This document shows positions 57,953-64,000 of a DNA stretch of 64,000 bases, in pieces. Source of the DNA: an uncultured Pseudomonadota bacterium (GTDB lineage: Bacteria > Vulcanimicrobiota > Vulcanimicrobiia > Eremiobacterales > Eremiobacteraceae); NCBI GenBank assembly GCA_963736005.1, contig CAVTNB010000001.1, forward strand, positions 448,001 through 512,000. The letters are read 5' to 3'. Position 1 is the first letter of the stretch, and each line of letters opens with the position of its first letter. A program made the position numbers and the translations under genes. The notes below the pieces were generated by a model. The model did not search any database and was not told where the DNA came from. It saw only the letters and a list, made by a program, of their open reading frames with translations.

Positions 57953-58689
57953 GCCTGCGCATTGTTTGGGGCGGGCCGTGGAACCAGCAATCCGCCGCGG
58001 CGCGGAAGGGCTTGGACATCGTCTTGGAGCTCTTGTCGCGCGGGCACCTGATCGACGTGCTGCGAACCGAAGTAGGAAGGGCTGCAAAGCTTGCCTCTCT
58101 TTCATCCGTGGTCACTGCTCACTTGTGGAACGACGTTTCGACTCCCGACGTGCTGCGCAACGCAGATGCGATCATCGTCAACGTCGGTGATGACTACAAC
58201 CTGTATGGCGGGATGTTGAACAGTTTTTCACAGCTTGGCGCCGTTGCAATCTTTCACGACTCTCTCTTAGCCAATCTCGTGTACGCTTGGGCTATTGCGT
58301 CCGGCCCAGGCACAGAAGCCGAGCGTTTCGAGTCCGCCTTCCAAGCCGTAACCCACACCCGTGCGATTCTGGAATGGTTCGCGAGCGGCGCGATTGGCGC
58401 CGTGCTGCACACCCAACAGGACTTCGATTGCGTACGTGAAGCCTGCGCAGGGCCGGTCGCCGTGATCCCACCCCCAGTCGCAGGATGTCGCACGCTTGTC
58501 TCACGCTATGTGGATAGGCTGCTCCCAATTGTTGCTTCGGCCATCTCCGATCGACCGGTGCTCCTGGCCGAACAGGCCATTGGACGAACGCTCGGCGCGT
58601 TTGGTCTCGATGTCGCGGACCCGGCAATCGAGCGCATCGCAACGGTATTTGATTCTTTGTACACAAGTCAGGATACGGTAAGCGAATGA
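57949..58689 (+). CDS. Hypothetical protein resembling a GT-B N-terminal domain
   Basis: WGGPWNQQSAAAR, NVGD, IFHD; ATGA overlaps on both sides. Confidence 0.55.
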   Translation: MSLRIVWGGPWNQQSAAARKGLDIVLELLSRGHLIDVLRTEVGRAAKLASLSSVVTAHLWNDVSTPDVLRNADAIIVNVGDDYNLYGGMLNSFSQLGAVAIFHDSLLANLVYAWAIASGPGTEAERFESAFQAVTHTRAILEWFASGAIGAVLHTQQDFDCVREACAGPVAVIPPPVAGCRTLVSRYVDRLLPIVASAISDRPVLLAEQAIGRTLGAFGLDVADPAIERIATVFDSLYTSQDTVSE

Positions 58690-59783
58690 GCGCGCACCGC
58701 ATTCCGCTCTATCAACCGGATCTGTCGGGCAACGAGCGCCGTTACGTGCTCGAGTGCATCGATAGCACGTGGATCTCTTCGATTGGCGAGTTCATCCCGA
58801 AGTTTGAAAGCGCGATCGCTAAGGAGACGCAGGCACAGCATGCGATTGCGGTTTGCAACGGAACGGTCGCGTTGCACTTGGCGTTGCATTGCTTGGACAT
58901 TGGCCCCGGCGATGAGGTGATCGTTCCGACATTCACCTACATCTCGTCCGTGAACACCATTGCCCAGACAGGCGCAACGCCTGTTTTTGCCGAGTCGAAA
59001 CAGGCCGACTGGAATCTGGATCCGACCGACATCGAGCGGCGAATCACCCCCCGCACCAAAGCCATTGTGGCCGTGCATCTCTATGGTACGTCCTGCGATA
59101 TGCCAGCCATCAAGGCGCTCGCCGACGCCAGAGGATTGCGGATCGTCGAGGATTGCGCTGAAGCGCTGGGCACGCGTCTCGGGGGCCGACACGTCGGCAC
59201 CTTCGGCGACGTTGGAACGTTCAGTTTCTTCGGCAACAAGACCGTCACGACTGGCGAGGGCGGCATGGCGATTACCAATGACGATCGATTGGCGGCAAAG
59301 TTACGGCTGGTGAAAGGACAAGGTCAGTCGGCGACGCGCCGCTACTGGCACGAAGTGCTCGGCTTTAACTACCGCATGACCAATATCGAGGCCGCGCTCG
59401 GCCTCGCTCAGATGGAGAGGTTGCCCCACATCTTGGCTCGCAAGCGCGACATTGCCGCACGCTATCGAGAGCTACTTGCCACCCACCCCGTGACGTTTCA
59501 GTATGCAGCGTCTGAGGTTGAAAGCTCTAATTGGCTCGTCAGCCTCTTGCTACCGCCCTCCGCTAACAGAGAATCGGTCATGGCGCACATGGCCGAGTTG
59601 GGGGTTGAGACTCGCCCGGTGTTTTATTGCGCTCACCAAATGCCCATGTATAAGAGCGCCGAAGCCTTCCCAGTGGCAATGGACATCGCGGCACGGGGTA
59701 TTTCGCTGCCAAGTTACCCGACGCTCTCCCCCGCCGACATCACGCGGGTGACCGAGTCTTTGACCAGCGCTTTGCAAAACTAG
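58686..59783 (+). CDS. DegT/DnrJ family aminotransferase (GDP-perosamine synthase-like)
   Basis: WISSIG, NGTVALHLAL, EDCAEA, SFFGNKTVTTGEGG, YWHEVLGFNYRMTN. Confidence 0.92.
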   Translation: MSAHRIPLYQPDLSGNERRYVLECIDSTWISSIGEFIPKFESAIAKETQAQHAIAVCNGTVALHLALHCLDIGPGDEVIVPTFTYISSVNTIAQTGATPVFAESKQADWNLDPTDIERRITPRTKAIVAVHLYGTSCDMPAIKALADARGLRIVEDCAEALGTRLGGRHVGTFGDVGTFSFFGNKTVTTGEGGMAITNDDRLAAKLRLVKGQGQSATRRYWHEVLGFNYRMTNIEAALGLAQMERLPHILARKRDIAARYRELLATHPVTFQYAASEVESSNWLVSLLLPPSANRESVMAHMAELGVETRPVFYCAHQMPMYKSAEAFPVAMDIAARGISLPSYPTLSPADITRVTESLTSALQN

Positions 59784-59784
59784 C

Positions 59785-60822
59785 TCACGCGAGCAATCGG
59801 TCGAGGACTCGCTCCCACGTGATACCCAATTTTTGCAATTGCTCGTGCGCCGATTCACCCATCTCTCGCGCGAGAGCCCTGTCGGCAAATAGCCGGTCAA
59901 ATGCTTGAGCAAGAGCTTCGGGATCGGGCGGTAGGACGTATCCGTTCTCGCCATCGGAGACAAACTCCAACACGCCCCCCGCATCGGAGAGCGTCACCGT
60001 GCAGCGGTGGGCTTGGGCCGCCTCAATGGTTGAATAGCCATAAGAATCTTCGTCCAATGGGACATATGCGGTCGCAAGCGCTCCTGCGAACCGCGCGATC
60101 TTGTCTTCCTCGCTGATCCATCGATCTTCGATCGCAACTTTGTCGTTCAGGCCTGCGCGCTCGACCAGTTCGTGCAGCGAGCTGGCGTATTCGGGGCTCG
60201 TGCTGCTCCCACACAAGCGCAGCCGCACTGCACTGCGAGTGTGACGCATGGCCTCCACCAGCAGATGTTGGCGCTTGTGGTGCTCCAAGCGACTGATACA
60301 CACAACTTCATCACCGTAGGGGCCGGAAACGAACGACTCCGGCCGGAGAACCGGCGGATAGAGCACTTCGCTCCCTATCCCATTAAAACGTAAGAGACGC
60401 TCGCCGACGATTCGCGAATTGGAAAAGATCGTGCGCGCTTCGAGCAGCGCAACGGTATCCGCGCGCATGACGGCGGCGCGGAGTGCTCGCCAGCGCGCCG
60501 TGTCCGGCATCGGGCTATATGGCGTATTCCATAGATCGTAGTACATGCGGATATGGTGAATGAACCAAACCACTTTGACCGGGTGCGGCACCACATGCGC
60601 GGGCGGACGAAAGGTGATGATGCGATCGAAGAAGTCGTCCAGGCGAAGGAGGCGAAAGGCCGCCATTTGCTCCAAGATGGTGTCCGGCGTGTCGGTATTG
60701 GGGATGTAGACGATCTCCGACTGTTGTCCGTTCTCCAAGAGTTTGGCGTGCAACCACTCGACGATGTTACGGCCGCCCCCGTACACGAGCGGAACGCATG
60801 AAGATACCAGACCCACTTTCAT
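59785..60822 (-). CDS. GT4 glycosyltransferase
   Basis: VPLVYGGG, ISRLEHHKRQ, PLDEDSYGYSTIEAA. Confidence 0.9.
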   Translation of the reverse strand: MKVGLVSSCVPLVYGGGRNIVEWLHAKLLENGQQSEIVYIPNTDTPDTILEQMAAFRLLRLDDFFDRIITFRPPAHVVPHPVKVVWFIHHIRMYYDLWNTPYSPMPDTARWRALRAAVMRADTVALLEARTIFSNSRIVGERLLRFNGIGSEVLYPPVLRPESFVSGPYGDEVVCISRLEHHKRQHLLVEAMRHTRSAVRLRLCGSSTSPEYASSLHELVERAGLNDKVAIEDRWISEEDKIARFAGALATAYVPLDEDSYGYSTIEAAQAHRCTVTLSDAGGVLEFVSDGENGYVLPPDPEALAQAFDRLFADRALAREMGESAHEQLQKLGITWERVLDRLLA

Positions 60823-61469
60823 CGGGTGACGTTACCTGTTGAGCGCAATGCGCGAGCCGGCACGCCGCCCACCAACGCGCCATCTGGCACATCGGAAATC
60901 ACCGCCGCCCCCGCCGCGACGATCGCGTCCGAACCAATCGTTACCTTCGGGCAAATTGCGCTGCCCACGCCAACGAGCGTGCGTGCACCAACGCGAACAG
61001 AACCCGCGAGCGAGCAGCCGGGAGCAATATGCGCTGCTTCGCCGATGACATTGTCGTGATCGATAATCGCCCCTGTGTTGACGACCGCAAGTTCGCAAAT
61101 AATTGACTGGGTCCCGATCACAGCGCGGGCCATCACGACCGCACCATCGAGAACCCTGGCCGTGGGAGAGACAAACGCCTGCGGGTGAACGATAGCCGGT
61201 AAACCAAAGCCGAGATCGCGGAGCTTGCGTCCCAACGTCTGGCGCAAGCGATTGTCGCCAACGGCTATCACCGCCGTTCGCACGCCTTTTGACAAAAGAT
61301 CAGGCAGGATGTCATCGCTCCCTACAACGGGGACATCGAGAACGCGGCCTCCCCGCTCGGCCGGGTCGGTGAGACCAACGACGTCAAACCGTTGCAGAGC
61401 CAGCACAGCTTCAAGCACGACTTTCGCGTGAAAACCCGCCCCGACGATGACCAGTTGCGACGCGTTCAT
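60819..61469 (-). CDS. Sugar N/O-acetyltransferase, PglD/PerB/NeuD family
   Basis: GAGFHAKV, AVGDN..R, IVHP, hexapeptide repeats, IIDHD, GVPAR. Confidence 0.92.
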   Translation of the reverse strand: MNASQLVIVGAGFHAKVVLEAVLALQRFDVVGLTDPAERGGRVLDVPVVGSDDILPDLLSKGVRTAVIAVGDNRLRQTLGRKLRDLGFGLPAIVHPQAFVSPTARVLDGAVVMARAVIGTQSIICELAVVNTGAIIDHDNVIGEAAHIAPGCSLAGSVRVGARTLVGVGSAICPKVTIGSDAIVAAGAAVISDVPDGALVGGVPARALRSTGNVTR

Positions 61470-62449
61470 GCGAACGCAACGTTTGGGTAGCTGCTCGGGG
61501 GGCGCCGCAAAAAGAGCAGGTTGATCGAAAAGACTTCATCGAGTCCAGTGGTACGAAGCACGCGGCACTGGCCTGTTGCTTCATCGATCTCATAGCCAGT
61601 AAAACCATCTGACACAAACGGTTCCAACCATGCCGCGATGGTTACGCCGGCGCGCACCAGATGCGTCGGGCCGAATTCAACGATGACGGCCACATCGGGA
61701 TTCTCCCCAATGATGCGGTGCATTCCTCGCCACACGGGTAGCTCGTAACCTTCGGCGTCGATCTTGACAAGCGATACTCGCGTGTGCTCGGGAACGGATT
61801 CATCTAACGTGCACAGCGGAACTTCGAGCGTGCGAACCTCGCCTTCAAGCGGAAGCAACGAGCTATGGCCGAGAATTTTTGCGGCATGCATCGTTGCGAT
61901 CCCGGATTGGTCGCCGCAGGCGGCGGCCACGACGGAAACGCGATCCGCTACTCCGTTGAGGTACATGCTTCTGCGCAGCACATCGGCCAGCCGCGGAAGC
62001 GGCTCAAAGGCCATGACCGATCCCGTGGCGCCGACTCGCTGGGCGGCAGGTAGCGTGAGCAAACCAATATTTGCTCCAACGTCCACGACCAGGTCGCCCT
62101 CGCGGATCAACTGCGTCATCACGGTCGTCGTGCCCGGCTCCAGCACACCGGTGTCCAGCAGTGCGGTGAGCAGCACGTCGTCTTCTGCCGGAACGATCAA
62201 CCGTCCGTAAGGCGTTTTTACCAAGACTTCTTGACTTGCGAGTTGCACGGTAGTGGACGCTAGCTTGTCGATGCGTGAATCTCGCAATGCTGGATGCGCT
62301 GCCACCCAAGCCGGCCCGAACAACGAGCGGATCGCTTCAAGCCCGCGGCGGGCCGACAGACGCGCGCGCGAAGACAGCTGCGCGACGACCTTTCGCCCCG
62401 GTGGGCCCACCCGCCCCAGCCGAACACCTGCCCTGATTGCCTTTGCCAT
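61466..62449 (-). CDS. FkbM-family methyltransferase
   Basis: VDVGANIG, AFEP, KIDAEGYE. Confidence 0.9.
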   Translation of the reverse strand: MAKAIRAGVRLGRVGPPGRKVVAQLSSRARLSARRGLEAIRSLFGPAWVAAHPALRDSRIDKLASTTVQLASQEVLVKTPYGRLIVPAEDDVLLTALLDTGVLEPGTTTVMTQLIREGDLVVDVGANIGLLTLPAAQRVGATGSVMAFEPLPRLADVLRRSMYLNGVADRVSVVAAACGDQSGIATMHAAKILGHSSLLPLEGEVRTLEVPLCTLDESVPEHTRVSLVKIDAEGYELPVWRGMHRIIGENPDVAVIVEFGPTHLVRAGVTIAAWLEPFVSDGFTGYEIDEATGQCRVLRTTGLDEVFSINLLFLRRPPSSYPNVAFA

Positions 62450-62484
62450 GCACGTTCACTTCTTCGCCGAGCGGCAATTGTCCA

Positions 62485-63891
62485 TCACGAGCGGTGACGA
62501 TAGGCTTGATATTTGCTCAAGAATTCACGTGCGGCTTGTTCGTGATCGACGATCGGGCATGGGTATTGTTCTGGCGTAAAAAAACCAAGCTCGGTTTGCT
62601 GCGACGCGCCGATCGCCCACGGCGCCAACGCCGCCGCCGTCGGCAGCTTGGCCAGTTCGCGACAGTACTTGCGCACGTACATCGCTTGCGCGTCAAAGAG
62701 TTGCGCCTGGCGTACTGGATTGTAGATGCGCGGATAGGCCGCTTGGTCCGAACCGATGCCCGCGATGCGCTGCCAGTTGCCCACGCACAGCGCCTCATCG
62801 GCTTCGAGCAGTTCTCGCATCCACAAGTCTCGTCCAATGCGCCAGTCCAACCCCAAGTCGGCGGTGCAAAACGAGGCCGCAACGACCGCACCGCGCTGGT
62901 GCACGTGTCCGTACATGCACAGCTGGCGCATCGCTGCGTCAACCAACGGGTACCCCGTCTTCCCCGATGTCCAGGCTTTGATCATCCGCTCGTCATGGGA
63001 CCATTCGAAACCGCGCATCTTGGTCTGCAGTGGTTCGTCGTACACTTCGGGCGCGAAATATGCCAGGTGAATAAAAAAATCGCGCAACGCAAGCCGTCGC
63101 AGAAAGGCGCTCATCGATAAGCGCTCTTGTGCGAGGGTCCAGGTACGAGCCATTTTCTCAGCAACAGCGTGGAAAACCGTGCGCGGGCTCAGGAGTCCAA
63201 AGCGCAGGTACGCCGCGAGATCCGACGTCCCCACGCGGCCCGGGTACTCTGCATTCGTGCTGTAATCGGCGACGCGTGCAGAGACAAATCTTGCAAGGGC
63301 CGCCAGAGCCGCCGCTTCGCTTGGCTCGGGCATGTCGCGCGCCGGATCTTGCTCTTCGATTGGGCCTGGGTCGGGATCGCGGCCTGTCGGAAGGGCGGTT
63401 GGCAGAGATCGCTCGACGGGCGTTGCTTTCCAGGCCTGATAAAACGGCGGAAAGACTCGGTAACCAGTGCCGGGTGCTTGCTTGCGTTGCGCGATCGCTT
63501 CCGGCTCGTGAACCACGCCGCCACCTAACGAGCGCAGCTCAATGCCCGCTGCGCTGAGGTGCGCTCGTACGTCTCGTTCGAGCTCGAGCTCTGTGCGGTC
63601 GAACGCCCGCGCGCAAAAAACTCGCGTCGCGCCTAAGCGCTTTGCCGCCGCTTCAAGAGCGACCGCCGGATTGCCGGCGAGCATGCTCAACGAGGCATCG
63701 GCTTTGCCAAGCGCCAGCTTGAAGCTCTGTAGTGCTGCAGTCGTAAACCGGCGCTGACGCGGATTGAGCTGTTGCGACGTCTGAGCACAATAAACGCCAT
63801 ACACCGTCTTGGATGACGTCATGGCGCTCGACAGCGCCGCGTTGTCGTTGAGCCGCAGGTCTCGGCGAAACCAGTGGAGGCTAACGCTCAT
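62485..63891 (-). CDS. Photolyase/cryptochrome family flavoprotein with non-canonical active site
   Basis: WFRRDLRLNDN, TSDLAAYLRFG, GKTGYPLVDAAMRQL, DWR, RIYNP..Q..FD, YP.PIVDH. Confidence 0.92.
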   Translation of the reverse strand: MSVSLHWFRRDLRLNDNAALSSAMTSSKTVYGVYCAQTSQQLNPRQRRFTTAALQSFKLALGKADASLSMLAGNPAVALEAAAKRLGATRVFCARAFDRTELELERDVRAHLSAAGIELRSLGGGVVHEPEAIAQRKQAPGTGYRVFPPFYQAWKATPVERSLPTALPTGRDPDPGPIEEQDPARDMPEPSEAAALAALARFVSARVADYSTNAEYPGRVGTSDLAAYLRFGLLSPRTVFHAVAEKMARTWTLAQERLSMSAFLRRLALRDFFIHLAYFAPEVYDEPLQTKMRGFEWSHDERMIKAWTSGKTGYPLVDAAMRQLCMYGHVHQRGAVVAASFCTADLGLDWRIGRDLWMRELLEADEALCVGNWQRIAGIGSDQAAYPRIYNPVRQAQLFDAQAMYVRKYCRELAKLPTAAALAPWAIGASQQTELGFFTPEQYPCPIVDHEQAAREFLSKYQAYRHRS

Positions 63892-63963
63892 ATCTTTTTG
63901 GAAAAGCGAAGGGCGCCACGGTGTTACCCAGCGGCGCCCGATGCTTTCGTCCTAGCGAGTTCG

Positions 63964-64000
63964 CTATTTTAGCGAGGCGACGTAGGCGGCGACGTCTGCA
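63964..64000 (-). CDS. 3' end of a possible cytochrome c (partial)
   Basis: Reads ADVAAYVASLK*, like the C-terminal helix of class I cytochromes c; only 11 codons visible. Confidence 0.35.
   Translation of the reverse strand, partial: ADVAAYVASLK

Overview
High-GC bacterial chromosome segment with Terrabacteria-type ribosomal and RNA polymerase proteins. A Candidatus Eremiobacterota-like origin is a guess, not shown. Left to right it holds: an A2-type caa3 cytochrome c oxidase cluster (ctaE-ctaD-ctaC, tRNA-Leu(CAA), MFS, fused heme A/heme O synthase); aroA; a tightly packed minus-strand unit dnaE-HAD-ftsQ-ftsA-ftsZ-SRPBCC-FmdB-membrane protein; a Thr/Ser dehydratase; pckA; a MobB-like P-loop protein; a 2-hydroxyacid dehydrogenase; the rpoBC-str-S10-spc-alpha superoperon (no rpmD); and a surface-glycan locus followed by a photolyase/cryptochrome-family gene. 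Many essential genes carry frameshifts, most likely assembly or polishing errors. The four best leads are: (1) a photolyase-family protein that keeps the Trp triad, has lost the CPD-binding residues and has Cys at the FAD-N5 position like insect type-1 cryptochrome; (2) at least four sequence-unrelated GTAG-hairpin REP-like families in intergenic spacers, including three different ones in tandem between rpsM and rpsK; (3) a ~165-nt rod-shaped, 6S-like RNA candidate next to the rpoB promoter; (4) LexA-like and DnaA-like boxes ahead of the dnaE-ftsQAZ unit. All calls are by eye; no searches were run.
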